From: Alphaproteobacteria bacterium
GTDB taxonomy: Bacteria; Pseudomonadota; Alphaproteobacteria; CALKHQ01
Direction: 5' to 3'
Length of the DNA: 64,000 bases
Assembly: GCA_965227515.1 (NCBI GenBank)
Contig: CBDDFZ010000001.1
Coordinates: 384,001-448,000, forward strand
Of the stretch, positions 9,709-20,119 are shown one piece after another; position 1 is the stretch's first letter, and every line of letters starts with the position of its first letter. The notes beneath the pieces are model-generated. The model saw nothing but the letters and a program-made list of their open reading frames with translations. It was not told where the DNA came from and did no database searches. Made by a program: the position numbers and the translations under genes.

Positions 9709-10623
9709 TCAGCCCTGCAGCAGCCCGTTCGCCTTCAGGAACGCCGCGAGCTTGGCGTGCTGGGCGTCGGTCAGCGGCCAGCAGGCCGGCGGGCGGGTGG
9801 ACCCGCAATCATTGCCGATCAGCTTCAGCGCCGCCTTCACCCCTGGGACGTTGGCGCCGCCCATCTCCTCGGCGCGGATTTCCTCGAACGCCTTCATGCC
9901 GGCGATCAGCGCGCGCGCTTCGGCGTAGTCGCCCGCCTCCAGCGCGGTGTTGATGGCGACGCTGCGCGCCGGCCACACATTGATCAGCCCGGAGGTGAAG
10001 CCGCGCGCGCCGACGGCATAGAACGCCGGCGCCCAGACCTCGGCCAACCCACCGACCCAGACGATATCGGGGTCCCAGGCGGCGATCGCCTCGGCCAGCT
10101 TCAACGGGTTGGGGGTTGCCCACTTGACCCCGATCACGCCGTCGACCGCGCAAAGGTCGGCGATGGCGCGGGTGCCGATGGCGTCGTTGCGCAGGTAGAG
10201 CATGATCGGCAGGCCGCCGCCGGCATCCGCCACCCGCCGGGTGTAGTCGACCAGCCCGCGCGGCGACACGAACGGGTCCGGCGGCTGGTGGATCATCAGC
10301 GCGTCGGCACCGGCCTCGACCGAGGTGCGCGCGAGCCGGCAGGCATCGCCGATGCTGCGACCGACACCGGCGATCAGCGGTGCCCGGCCGGCCAGATGGG
10401 CCGCTGTCGCGCGCACCATCGCCTCCGCCTCGTCGGTGGTCAGGGAGTAGAACTCGCCGGTGTTGCCGTTGATCACCGGCAGGTGCACGCCGGCCGCCAA
10501 TGCGCGGTCCAGCACCGGTTCCTGCAAGGTCGGCGCGATCAGCCCGTCGCCATCGAATGGCGTCACCAGAATGCCGGACACACCGGTCAAAGCCGCGCGC
10601 AGGCGCGCCGTGTCTTCGCCCAC
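9709..10623 (-). CDS. Dihydrodipicolinate synthase (DapA/NAL) family aldolase/dehydratase
   Basis: VTPF, GNTGEFYSL, MLYLR, GVKWA Schiff-base Lys; GTG start after GGAGG. Confidence 0.85.
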   Translation of the reverse strand: MGEDTARLRAALTGVSGILVTPFDGDGLIAPTLQEPVLDRALAAGVHLPVINGNTGEFYSLTTDEAEAMVRATAAHLAGRAPLIAGVGRSIGDACRLARTSVEAGADALMIHQPPDPFVSPRGLVDYTRRVADAGGGLPIMLYLRNDAIGTRAIADLCAVDGVIGVKWATPNPLKLAEAIAAWDPDIVWVGGLAEVWAPAFYAVGARGFTSGLINVWPARSVAINTALEAGDYAEARALIAGMKAFEEIRAEEMGGANVPGVKAALKLIGNDCGSTRPPACWPLTDAQHAKLAAFLKANGLLQG

Positions 10624-10784
10624 CGAATTCCTCCCAGGTTTCTTGTTTGGCCGCGATTGGCCTTGCCGCCGACCCGGCCGCAGCGCCATAATCGGGCATC
10701 CGGAAAACAGGATCAATTGGGCGAATGCCCATCCGTCGCCGCTGCGCTGCGCGCGAGCGAACGCAACCGGGGGAGGACCGAGCC

Positions 10785-11693
10785 ATCAACACCGAACAAG
10801 CACTCCGCGAAGTCGGCATCACGGAACTGGAGCTTCGCCCGGAGGAAAAGAATTCGTTCGACGAGAACGGTTTCTTCGTCACCGAGGACGTGTTTACGCC
10901 CGAAGAGGTGGAGATCATGCGCAACGAGTTCGACCGGCTGATCGAACTCGAGGGCGATTTCGGCGGGCATGAGGTCCACATCGAACCGGGGGCGCCGAGG
11001 CTGGCCAACCTGTTCAACAAGTCGCCCGAATTCGACCGACTGCTGAAGTGCCGGCCGACGCTGGTGGCCGCGCACTACCTGCTGGGCGAAATCCACACCT
11101 ATTCGCTGAACGGCCGCAACCCGCTGAAGGGCCAGGGCCAGCAACCGCTGCACTCCGACGTCCCACGGCAGTACCCGGACGACTGGCGCGCCATCAACAC
11201 CATGGTGATGCTGGACGACATGACCGAGGACAACGGCCCGACCCGCGTGGTCCCCGGCTCGCACCTCTGGTCGCCGGTGAACGTGCCCGACGTCAATCTG
11301 CTGCCGGGCGAGACACCGGTGTTCGACCCGGCGTTCGCGGACAAGATCCCCGAGGATCCGCAGGCGCCATATCCGGGCGAAGCCTACCTTACCGGGAAGG
11401 CGGGCTCGGTCGGCGTCACCAATGGCTGCGTATGGCACGGCGGCACCGCCAACAGGTCCGGCAAGTCGCGCCGGGTGCTGCACCTGGCCTTCGGCCGCCG
11501 CGACATCACGCAACAGACCATCGAGCGCGACCACCTGACCGACAGCCTGGCCGCGCGCGCCTCCCCGGCGATGCGCTACCTGCTCGACATCGAGGGCGCG
11601 GAGGTGAAGGTGCACGGCTACCCGCCGCTGCCGACCAAGGCCGAATCCTGGTCCTATCTCAACCAGCAGGGCGAACGCGTGCTGCAGCGCTGA
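10785..11693 (+). CDS. Phytanoyl-CoA dioxygenase (PhyH) family Fe(II)/2OG enzyme
   Basis: ENGFFV, LHSD, NGPTRVVPGSH, WHGGTAN..SRR; best start is an ATC behind GGAGG (alternative ATG at 10725). Confidence 0.85.
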   Translation: MNTEQALREVGITELELRPEEKNSFDENGFFVTEDVFTPEEVEIMRNEFDRLIELEGDFGGHEVHIEPGAPRLANLFNKSPEFDRLLKCRPTLVAAHYLLGEIHTYSLNGRNPLKGQGQQPLHSDVPRQYPDDWRAINTMVMLDDMTEDNGPTRVVPGSHLWSPVNVPDVNLLPGETPVFDPAFADKIPEDPQAPYPGEAYLTGKAGSVGVTNGCVWHGGTANRSGKSRRVLHLAFGRRDITQQTIERDHLTDSLAARASPAMRYLLDIEGAEVKVHGYPPLPTKAESWSYLNQQGERVLQR

Positions 11694-11708
11694 GCGGGGC
11701 GCGGCGAC

Positions 11709-12785
11709 ATGCCTGATATCGACGCCGGCGGGCTGGAGCGCCTGGTCGCCGGCATCTTTGCCGGTGCCGGCTGCCCGGCGGCCGAAGCCGCCACCGTGGC
11801 CGGGCACCTGGTGCTCTCCAACCTGGTGGGGCACGACTCCCACGGCGTGATCCGGGTCGGGCCTTATCTGGAGTGGCTCGACAAGGGCATGGTGCGCGCC
11901 GGCCAGACCCCGACAGTGGCGTTCGACAGCGACGTCGCGGCGGTGGTGGACGGCAATCTCGGCTTCGGACAGGTGACCGGCGAGACGGCGGTCGACACCG
12001 GTGTCGGAAAGGCCCGCGCGCGCGGCATCAGCATCGTCGGCACCCGCAATGCCGGCCATCTCGGGCGCATCGGCCATTGGGCCGAGCGCGCGGCCGCCGC
12101 CGGCATCATCTCCATGCACTACGTCAACACCTCGGGCTTCGGCATCCTGGTCGCCCCGTTCGGCAGCACCGAGGTGCGCATGTCAGCCAACCCGATGGCG
12201 TTCGGCGCGCCGCGTACGGCAATGGGCAGCCAGGAGGCGGGCCCGCCCATCATCCTCGACATCTCCACCGCCGCCATCGCGGAGGGCAAGATCAAGGTCG
12301 CGCGCGCCGCCGGCACCGAATTGCCGCCGGGCACCGTGGTCGATGCCGATGGCAAGCCGACCCGCGACCCGAACGCGTTCTACGGTCCGCCGCGCGGCGC
12401 GATCCTGCCGTTCGGCGGCCACAAGGGTCACGGGCTTTCGATCATGATCGAGCTTCTGGCCGGCGCACTGACCGGCGGCGGCACCACCGACCCGGACGGC
12501 GCGACCGCCAACGCGCTGGTCAACAACATGCTGTCGGTGTTCATCGCGCCCGAGGTGATGGGCACCCAAGGCGTGCTGGCCGACGAGACCGAGAAACTGG
12601 TCGCCTGGGTGAAGAGCGCGAGCCCGGCGACGCCCGGCGGCGAGGTACTGATGCCGGGCGACATCGAGCGCGCGACCGCCGCCCGGCGCCGGGCCGAGGG
12701 CATCCCGCTGGCCGACGACACCGTCGCCGAACTGCGCGCCGCCGCCGAACGTTTCGGCGTTGATGCGACAGTGTTGGGTGGCTAG
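11709..12785 (+). CDS. Ldh_2 family (malate/L-lactate/ureidoglycolate dehydrogenase-like) oxidoreductase
   Basis: GHDSHG, DGNLGFGQ, GHLGRIG, NPMAFG, LDISTA, FGGHKG. Confidence 0.9.
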   Translation: MPDIDAGGLERLVAGIFAGAGCPAAEAATVAGHLVLSNLVGHDSHGVIRVGPYLEWLDKGMVRAGQTPTVAFDSDVAAVVDGNLGFGQVTGETAVDTGVGKARARGISIVGTRNAGHLGRIGHWAERAAAAGIISMHYVNTSGFGILVAPFGSTEVRMSANPMAFGAPRTAMGSQEAGPPIILDISTAAIAEGKIKVARAAGTELPPGTVVDADGKPTRDPNAFYGPPRGAILPFGGHKGHGLSIMIELLAGALTGGGTTDPDGATANALVNNMLSVFIAPEVMGTQGVLADETEKLVAWVKSASPATPGGEVLMPGDIERATAARRRAEGIPLADDTVAELRAAAERFGVDATVLGG

Positions 12786-12908
12786 CTAGAGCCGATAGAA
12801 GCGCCGGGCGGTATCGGCCAGCACGTGAGCGCGCCTGGCATACGTCAGCGCCGCCAGCAGCTCGTCGCTCACCGCGACACAGCAGTTGTAGTCGACGGCG
12901 AGCTTCCT
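12786..12908 (-). pseudogene. 3' remnant of an amidohydrolase_2 (lactonase-like) gene
   Basis: Minus-strand translation KLAVDYNCCVAVSDELLAALTYARRAHVLADTARRFYRL* resembles the family C-terminus; no start, abuts AT-rich DNA. Confidence 0.5.
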
Positions 12909-12929
12909 CTAATTGACTTAAAAAGAAAT

Positions 12930-13907
12930 CTAATCCCTTATTGCCTTAAAGGGTTTTTTGTCTAGGATAATTCTAACTTCGTTTAGATCATCTAATGCCT
13001 TTGGATCAAGAGCCAGAAGATGATATAGATCTTCAAATGCGCTGTGCCCACATTGGTCCTTGATTTTTTCCACAAATTTCTCCGACGAGGTTGTTTTTTC
13101 GATAAGATCAATTACGCGCTCCGCCGCTATTCCATATTTAACTTTCACATAGTCGACGAAATTGTTTTCGCGAAGATCATGTATCTTTCTGATATGCTGT
13201 AGTCTTTCTTCTTCTTGTTCTATTAGTTTCGTGGAATCCTGTGGCGATACGGCCCTCACAATTGTTTCAAGATATGATTTCAATGTTCCATTTATTGATT
13301 TGAGATCGTCAATTTGAGTAGCGAGGGCCTCCAACTGCACGCGATTCGATTCTCGACTCAAAAAATCTCTGAATAGCCCAGCCCACTGCTCCCTCAGCCA
13401 GCCTTCAATTTCCCTGACATTATCAAAAGGATGGACTGGATTATTGCGAGGCCGATTCAATATATCTTCAATTAGTCGAAAAATGTTAATTGAGTCCACG
13501 TGTGCATACTCAATACCTAAATTGTCTCTGTTTCGCAGAAATGTTCTGTATTCCGCATAAACATTTTGCTCAATTAGAATGTAAGTTGCCACATCTCTTT
13601 TTACCGCTTGGTCAAACTCCTTTTTTGTAATACTATCATAACGCTCAAAAAATGTGGGTTTTGGCTGAGGATCCTCCGAACTTGCAGCACTCCCATATCT
13701 ACCTCCAATAATCAATACATATATGTCTACATTATCTACTTCTCTATAGCAAGATTCATCGAGCGGCAAATCGGGAGAGTATGCAATGTCACCTTTTTCA
13801 GACAACACTGGCTCAAAGCCCAAAGATTCTATAAAGTTATCAAGTGAAGACCTAAGATACTTTAGATCATAGTAAGTTGAACTTATAAATACACGCGGCT
13901 TTGGCAT
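12930..13907 (-). CDS. DUF4062 domain protein, AT-rich, probably horizontally acquired
   Basis: [11 protein letters not shown]...[19 protein letters not shown]...SITKKE; abrupt drop in GC. Confidence 0.8.
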   Translation of the reverse strand: MPKPRVFISSTYYDLKYLRSSLDNFIESLGFEPVLSEKGDIAYSPDLPLDESCYREVDNVDIYVLIIGGRYGSAASSEDPQPKPTFFERYDSITKKEFDQAVKRDVATYILIEQNVYAEYRTFLRNRDNLGIEYAHVDSINIFRLIEDILNRPRNNPVHPFDNVREIEGWLREQWAGLFRDFLSRESNRVQLEALATQIDDLKSINGTLKSYLETIVRAVSPQDSTKLIEQEEERLQHIRKIHDLRENNFVDYVKVKYGIAAERVIDLIEKTTSSEKFVEKIKDQCGHSAFEDLYHLLALDPKALDDLNEVRIILDKKPFKAIRD

Positions 13908-14073
13908 ATTCAGCCCCGATGACTTTAATCAAGCTTGTTTTCGAATTCTGGCCATCTGAATTCAAAGACATTTATCTAAGGGCAATAGATCAGCGTTGTC
14001 AAACTATTATTACAGAATTTGAACACGGAATAGACATTCGATTCTCGAGTTTGTGGGCGTCATCCTGTCGCAA

Positions 14074-14843
<770 letters not shown>

Positions 14844-14847
<4 letters not shown>

Positions 14848-16043
14848 CTGCTCCTCCGCTGGAATGCCATGTCAGCGACGACCGCCGAGACCAGGACGAC
14901 GGCGATCACCATCTTCTGCTTCGGCGAGTCGATGTTCAGCATCACCATCCCGCTCTCCAGGCTCTGGATGAACAGCGCGCCCAGCACCGCGCCGAAGATG
15001 GTGCCCACACCGCCGGCCAGCGACGTGCCGCCGACCACGGCCGCCGCGATCACCTGCAACTCGGTCATGGTGCCGGTGGCATTGGTGGCCGCGTTCAGGC
15101 GGGCGGTGATAACGATGGCGGCCAGTCCCGCCAGGAAGCCCATCAAGGTGAAGGTGTGGACCACGACACGGCGGGTGTTGATGCCGACCAGCTCGGCGGA
15201 ATCCGGGTTGCCGCCGATGGCGTAGATATAGCGGCCGAACTTGGTGCGCGCGGCCACGAACCCCATCGCCACCGCGACGCCGAGCAGGATCAGCACCGGC
15301 ACGGCGATGCCCATCGGCTCCTCCGACCCCGGCCGGTTGTAACTGTTCATGATCATAACGAAGCCCAGCACCACCACCGACCAGAACACGATCATCGCCG
15401 CTTCCATTTGCGGCGGGCGCACCGGGAAGCCGTAGCGCACGCGCTTGCGGCGGGTATTCAGCATGCCGAGCGAGATCGCGACCACGCCGACGACACCGAC
15501 GATCCAGCTCCAGGTCTCGCCGATGGTACCGAACAGGCCGCCGCCCAGGATCTGGAAGGTCTCGTCCAGCGGCGCGACGGTCACGCCCTGGGTCACCACA
15601 TAGGCGGCGTTGCGATAGAACATCAGCCCGGCCAGGGTGACGATCAGCGCCGGCACCCTGAGGTAGGCGACGATCAGGCCGTTGACCAGGCCCAGCAGGG
15701 CACCGCCGGCCAGCATCGCGACAACCGTGACCCACCAGGCATTGGGATCGTCCAGCCCCAGACCGCGGAGCTGGAGCACCGCGCCGCAGACACCGATGAA
15801 GCCGAGCAGCGACCCGACCGAGATGTCGATGTTGCGGGTCACGATCACCAGCACCATGCCGGTGGCCATGATGCCGACGGTGGCGAACTGAACCGACAGG
15901 TTGAAGAGGTTGCGCGCGGTCAGGAAGTTGAAGTCGGTGCCGATGTGGAGGCCGATCCACACCACCGTCATGATGACGATCAGCGCAAGCAGGCGCGGCG
16001 CGATGCCGGTGGCCAACGCGATCTGGCGCATCTGGTCACGCAT
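14844..16043 (-). CDS. Monosaccharide ABC transporter permease (XylH-like)
   Basis: [36 protein letters not shown]; many TM helices. Confidence 0.92.
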
Positions 16044-16068
16044 TGTGAGGCTTCACTCGCAAGCAAGC

Positions 16069-16099
16069 GGCAACCGCCGACACGCAGCCGGCGGTTGCC
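16069..16099. other. Intergenic stem-loop between binding-protein and permease genes
   Basis: GGCAACCGCCG...CGGCGGTTGCC; typical position for an mRNA-stabilising hairpin. Confidence 0.45.
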
Positions 16100-16136
16100 T
16101 CAGGTCAAGACGATGAACTGTCGGCTGCTGGCCCTG

Positions 16137-17177
16137 CTATTGGCACTGGGCCGGCGGGTTCTCGGTCACGCCCTGGCACAGGTCCTCGACGCTGATCCAT
16201 CCGGTATCGACGACGAGGTCCAGGTTGTCGCGGGTGATCGCGATCGGCTCCAGCAGGATCGCCTGCTGCGCCTGGCCAGACGGCGTCTCGTAGTCGACGG
16301 CGCCCTCGAGGTCGGCCATCGCGGTGCCCTCGCCCAGCGCGATGGCGGCTGCCGCGGCGGTCTGGCCCAGAGAGTACGAGTTCTTCCACACCGAGACCGT
16401 CTGGTCGCCGCGGGCGATGCGGTTCAGTGCCGCGATGTCGCCGTCCTGACCCGACAGCGCGATGCCGTGCATGCCCTGGCCGGCCAGCGCGGCGGCGGCA
16501 CCGCCGGCCATGCCGTCGTTCATCGACAGCACCGCATCGATCTCGTTATTGGTCATGGTCAGGATCTGCTCCATGGCCGTCTGCGCCACATCGGGCTTCC
16601 AGTTCTCGATGAATTGCTCGGCCACGACCTCGATGGCACCGCTGTCGATCAGCGGCTGGACGGCCTGCATCTGGCCTTCCTTGAACAGGTTCACGATCGA
16701 CATCGACGGATCGCCGTTGAGGATCGCCCAGTTGCCGGACGGCTGCGCCTGAACCAGCGCCTCGCCCATCAGGCGCCCGACCGCGATGTTGTCGAAGCTG
16801 ACGAAAAGGATGTCGGTCATGTCGACCGGCACGTCATAGGCGATGACAGGTATGCCGGCGGCTTGCGCCATCTGGATGGCCGGCACCACGGCGAAGCTGT
16901 CCTGCGCCAGTACGATCAGCACGTCCGCACCGCCGGTGATCAGGCCCTCGATATCGGTGATCTGCTTCTGCGGGTCGGCCTGGGCGTCAGCGCTTACATA
17001 TTCCCACCCGGTGCCTTCCAGCACATCCAGGATGCCGGCCTCGTCGATCCGCCAGCGTTCTTCCTGAAAATGGCGCCAGCTGACGCCAACGATCTGGTCC
17101 TGGGCGACGGCCGCCGTACTCGTTCCCACGACGGCGCCAGCCAGCGCCGCCACGACTGCACAACGATAGGCGTTCAT
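16137..17177 (-). CDS. Monosaccharide ABC transporter substrate-binding protein (XylF-like)
   Basis: Signal peptide; VGVSW..FQEERW..D, VIAYD, SGQDGD..ALNRI. Confidence 0.9.
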   Translation of the reverse strand: MNAYRCAVVAALAGAVVGTSTAAVAQDQIVGVSWRHFQEERWRIDEAGILDVLEGTGWEYVSADAQADPQKQITDIEGLITGGADVLIVLAQDSFAVVPAIQMAQAAGIPVIAYDVPVDMTDILFVSFDNIAVGRLMGEALVQAQPSGNWAILNGDPSMSIVNLFKEGQMQAVQPLIDSGAIEVVAEQFIENWKPDVAQTAMEQILTMTNNEIDAVLSMNDGMAGGAAAALAGQGMHGIALSGQDGDIAALNRIARGDQTVSVWKNSYSLGQTAAAAAIALGEGTAMADLEGAVDYETPSGQAQQAILLEPIAITRDNLDLVVDTGWISVEDLCQGVTENPPAQCQ

Positions 17178-17377
17178 GGGTCCAACTCCCTCCCGGTAAG
17201 TTTTTGCAGGACTTTTCTTGTGTCCTCGCCCCATGAGTATACGGCGATTCCAGGCCCACGCAATTGCCCACCTTGCGGCCCACCTGTGCTGTACCGCCTC
17301 GCCCAGCCGTAGACTCGACGTTTAGTTGCATTAGTTTAGGCGAAAACTTTCGCCCCGCCGCAGCCTGCCAGCAGGCG

Positions 17378-17749
17378 CTAACCCACGTCCTTCCACACGC
17401 CATTGGTGTCGCGGCAGGCGGTATCGGATTCACTGCGCGTACCGCTGTCCTCCACGAACGTCACTGTGTAGTCGCGGCAGAACAGGCCCGACTGGGTTTG
17501 GTAGGTGCGCACCGGCAACACAGTCCCCTGGTGCCCGGTTGCCGCATCCTGCCAAGATTCCGCCACCCCGCTCGGATTGCCCTCCAGCGCAATCTGGATC
17601 GCGGTGCGAACGACACCGCTGCGCGCGGGTCCGTTGCCGCTGCCGCCGCTATTCAGCGACAGGCACCCGCCCAACAGCATCGCCGTCAGGCAGGCGATTG
17701 TCGTACGCCGATACGCCGACGCGCGCACGGAAACGCTATTGCCAGCCAT
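17378..17749 (-). CDS. Lipoprotein with RT0821/Lpp0805 (17-kDa surface antigen-like) domain
   Basis: Lipobox LGGC; ALE..W..G.V.PVRTY....CRDY...ACR...GVW; start overlaps the Hint gene end. Confidence 0.75.
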   Translation of the reverse strand: MAGNSVSVRASAYRRTTIACLTAMLLGGCLSLNSGGSGNGPARSGVVRTAIQIALEGNPSGVAESWQDAATGHQGTVLPVRTYQTQSGLFCRDYTVTFVEDSGTRSESDTACRDTNGVWKDVG

Positions 17750-18752
17750 TTTCGATCAGCTCCTGCTCCTCGGACGCGGTCAAATCGTCCCCAACCTGAC
17801 GAAGGTCCTCCGGATCGGGCGCCTGCCCATCGAAATAATCGAAGGAACCGCCGCTTTGGCCGGATTGGCCGCTGAAACCGCTTTCACCCGAGCCGCCGCT
17901 GCCGCCTGAACTGCCGCTGCCGCCAGAGCCGCCGGACCCACCACTGCCGCCGGAGCCGCCAGACTCGCCGCCACCCGAGCCCGAACCGCCGGAATGGCCA
18001 TCGTCGTCATCATCGTCGTCGTCGTCATCGCCGCCGCCGGAGCCGGAGTTGCCGCCACCGCCGGGACCGGAATTGCTGCCGCCGCCGTCATCGTCGTCGT
18101 CGTCATCGCCACCCTTGTTGTGCACCAGGTAGCCGTCCGCGAAATACGTATGGTCGCCGGCCAGGAGCAGGTTGAAGACCTCCAGCTCGGGATCGGCGTC
18201 GTGCGCGTCGATGGACACCACCGTCTCGTGGTCCATTTCGACCACCGGTCGCGGCGCCAGGGCGGTCGCCCCTTCGCTAAGGCTCGCCATCTCCACCCGG
18301 CCGCGCGCCAGCCGGTCGCCGGGGGCCAGCGTTGACACCGCCATCGACGCAACCATGCCGGGGGCCTCGCGCCGCGTCGCCATGGCGTCGATCGCTTTCC
18401 AGCCGTTGGCGGTCATGAACGGGTGTTCGTCGGTCACGAACGGACGACCGCCGTTGAAGCCGTAAAGCTTGCGGCTGCCGAGCCGGGGCCGCTCGATGCC
18501 GATCACACGGTTGGCCCGGCCGCCGCGCCCCATTACCAGCATGCCGACGGCGACTTGCGCGATCGGCAGGCTGCGGCCGTTGGCCAGCAGTACCTCGGTC
18601 TCGCCAGTGAAGCACGACGACGCGTGGGCCGCGTTCAGAATGCCGTCGTCCGTGCCGGTGGGCAGGGTGACCGGCGCCGTGGCCATGGTCAGCGCCACCA
18701 GGCTTGTGGTCGCCAGCAGGCGTGCGTTACGGCGGAATGAGTTCCTTGGCAT
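17736..18752 (-). CDS. Secreted Hint-domain (self-cleaving) protein with Gly/Ser/Asp-rich tail
   Basis: Signal peptide ending AHA; Hint block A CFTGETEV, block B VTDEHPF, block F/G VFNL...HTYFADGYLVHN; GGAG RBS. Confidence 0.85.
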   Translation of the reverse strand: MPRNSFRRNARLLATTSLVALTMATAPVTLPTGTDDGILNAAHASSCFTGETEVLLANGRSLPIAQVAVGMLVMGRGGRANRVIGIERPRLGSRKLYGFNGGRPFVTDEHPFMTANGWKAIDAMATRREAPGMVASMAVSTLAPGDRLARGRVEMASLSEGATALAPRPVVEMDHETVVSIDAHDADPELEVFNLLLAGDHTYFADGYLVHNKGGDDDDDDDGGGSNSGPGGGGNSGSGGGDDDDDDDDDDGHSGGSGSGGGESGGSGGSGGSGGSGGSGSSGGSGGSGESGFSGQSGQSGGSFDYFDGQAPDPEDLRQVGDDLTASEEQELIENGWQ

Positions 18753-18802
18753 CTCCAACCTCCCGATCGTCAGCCATGCCGCGGTTATGCCCCGCGGGAA
18801 CA

Positions 18803-18891
18803 ATGCCGATAACGGCGCGACGCGGCTTTCCATCCGCACATGAAACAAGATTAATGTGGCGAAGGAATATGTGCCTGGGCCGTTATCGCAT
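18803..18891. promoter_or_regulatory. Pair of divergent matched motifs GGAA-N11-GCCGTTATCG(G)CAT, candidate ECF promoters
   Basis: Minus strand 18831-18803 and plus strand 18864-18891 share GGAA, identical spacing and an identical 10-mer. Confidence 0.55.
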
Positions 18892-18926
18892 GTGGACAGG
18901 GACAAACATGGCCGAGCCAGCCACGC

Positions 18927-19472
18927 ATGGATGAACTCAGCGGTCGACGCATGATCGAGATGCTGCCACGACTGCGGCGCTTCGCCTATGGCCTGTGCGG
19001 CGATCCGCATGACGCCGACGACCTGGTGCAGCACACATGCCAGCGGGCCATCGACCGGTTCGACAACTGGCGGCCCGGCACCAGCCTGGAAAACTGGATG
19101 TTCGCCATAGCGCGCAATGCCTACCTGGACCTGTACCGCAGCCGACAGGTGCGGGCCGACCATGCCGCCGCCGTGCGCGCCACGACGGACGGCAGCCTGG
19201 ATGGCGAAGGGCGCGCGGAGCATGGCGTGATGATCGGCGAGATTGTGCCGTTGCTTGGCCGGATGCCGGAGGATCAGCGCACTGCCCTGCTGCTGGCCCT
19301 GGTGGAGGGCCTGAGCTACCAGGAAATCGCCGATATCCAGCAGGTCCCGGTCGGCACCGTGACCAGCCGCATCGGCCGTGCCCGTCAGACCCTGCAGCAG
19401 GCCCTGTCCAGCGAGGCCGGTACGCCGCATCAGCGAGAAGGAGGTGAGTTCGATGTCGCACGCCGTCAGTGA
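18927..19472 (+). CDS. ECF RNA polymerase sigma factor
   Basis: LPRLRRFA, DADDLVQ, WMFAIARN, EGLSYQEIA...GTVTSRIGRAR. Confidence 0.93.
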   Translation: MDELSGRRMIEMLPRLRRFAYGLCGDPHDADDLVQHTCQRAIDRFDNWRPGTSLENWMFAIARNAYLDLYRSRQVRADHAAAVRATTDGSLDGEGRAEHGVMIGEIVPLLGRMPEDQRTALLLALVEGLSYQEIADIQQVPVGTVTSRIGRARQTLQQALSSEAGTPHQREGGEFDVARRQ

Positions 19473-20106
19473 CGCGACCCTGATCGCCTACCATCATAAC
19501 CGCCTGTCCGAGCGCGAGGCCAGGGACGTTGCGGCAACCCTGAAGGCGGATCGCGAGGCCGCGGTGCGCCATGCCGCGCTGGTGACCGAGATCTCCCTGC
19601 TTGGCGTCGCGGTCGGCCGCATCGACCGCCTGCCCGCGCCGCCCGAGGCCGAGGACATGATCAGAGCGGCCACCACAAGCGGACCGCGCCGGTCCAACCG
19701 TGGCGCGGCCTGGCTCAGCCGCGGCGCTGCGTTCCAGGCGCTGGCGGCGTCGCTGTTGCTCGCCATCGGTGTTGCCGCCGGCTTCGCGGTGGCCGAATGG
19801 CGCCACGCCCGCGATGCCGAGAGCCAACGTATCGCCGCCCAAGACCTGGAGCAGGCCCGCGCCCACAGCCGGCAGACCGCGCTGAACATGCTGGCCAGCG
19901 GCAACTCCTACCTGCTCGCCGCCGACGACCGGAGCTGGACGGTCGAGGTGATGCCGGTGCGTACGTTCCAGAACGCAAACGGCGCGTTCTGCCGCGAATA
20001 TCGGGAGACCTGGCAGCTCGGCGCCACGGTAGGTGAGAGCTACCGCATCGCCTGCCGCGACGAGGTCGGCAACTGGCAAGCGGTTGCAACGCTGCAAACG
20101 AGCTGA
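19453..20106 (+). CDS. Membrane anti-sigma factor with periplasmic RT0821-like domain
   Basis: N-terminal SDATLIAY...L anti-sigma-like helix, one TM (ALAASLLLAIGVAAG), C-terminal PVRTF...CREY...ACR...GNW; overlaps sigma stop. Confidence 0.8.
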   Translation: MSHAVSDATLIAYHHNRLSEREARDVAATLKADREAAVRHAALVTEISLLGVAVGRIDRLPAPPEAEDMIRAATTSGPRRSNRGAAWLSRGAAFQALAASLLLAIGVAAGFAVAEWRHARDAESQRIAAQDLEQARAHSRQTALNMLASGNSYLLAADDRSWTVEVMPVRTFQNANGAFCREYRETWQLGATVGESYRIACRDEVGNWQAVATLQTS

Positions 20107-20119
20107 TGGCCGAGGGGCG

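Noticed and set aside
17880-18110. CRISPR-like or non-coding repeat array
   Set aside because: Low-complexity codons for the Gly/Ser/Asp tail of the Hint protein; no repeat-spacer periodicity and no cas genes in the window
18110-18620. Classical splicing intein with homing endonuclease
   Set aside because: Only ~165 aa, no LAGLIDADG motifs, and the +1 residue is Lys
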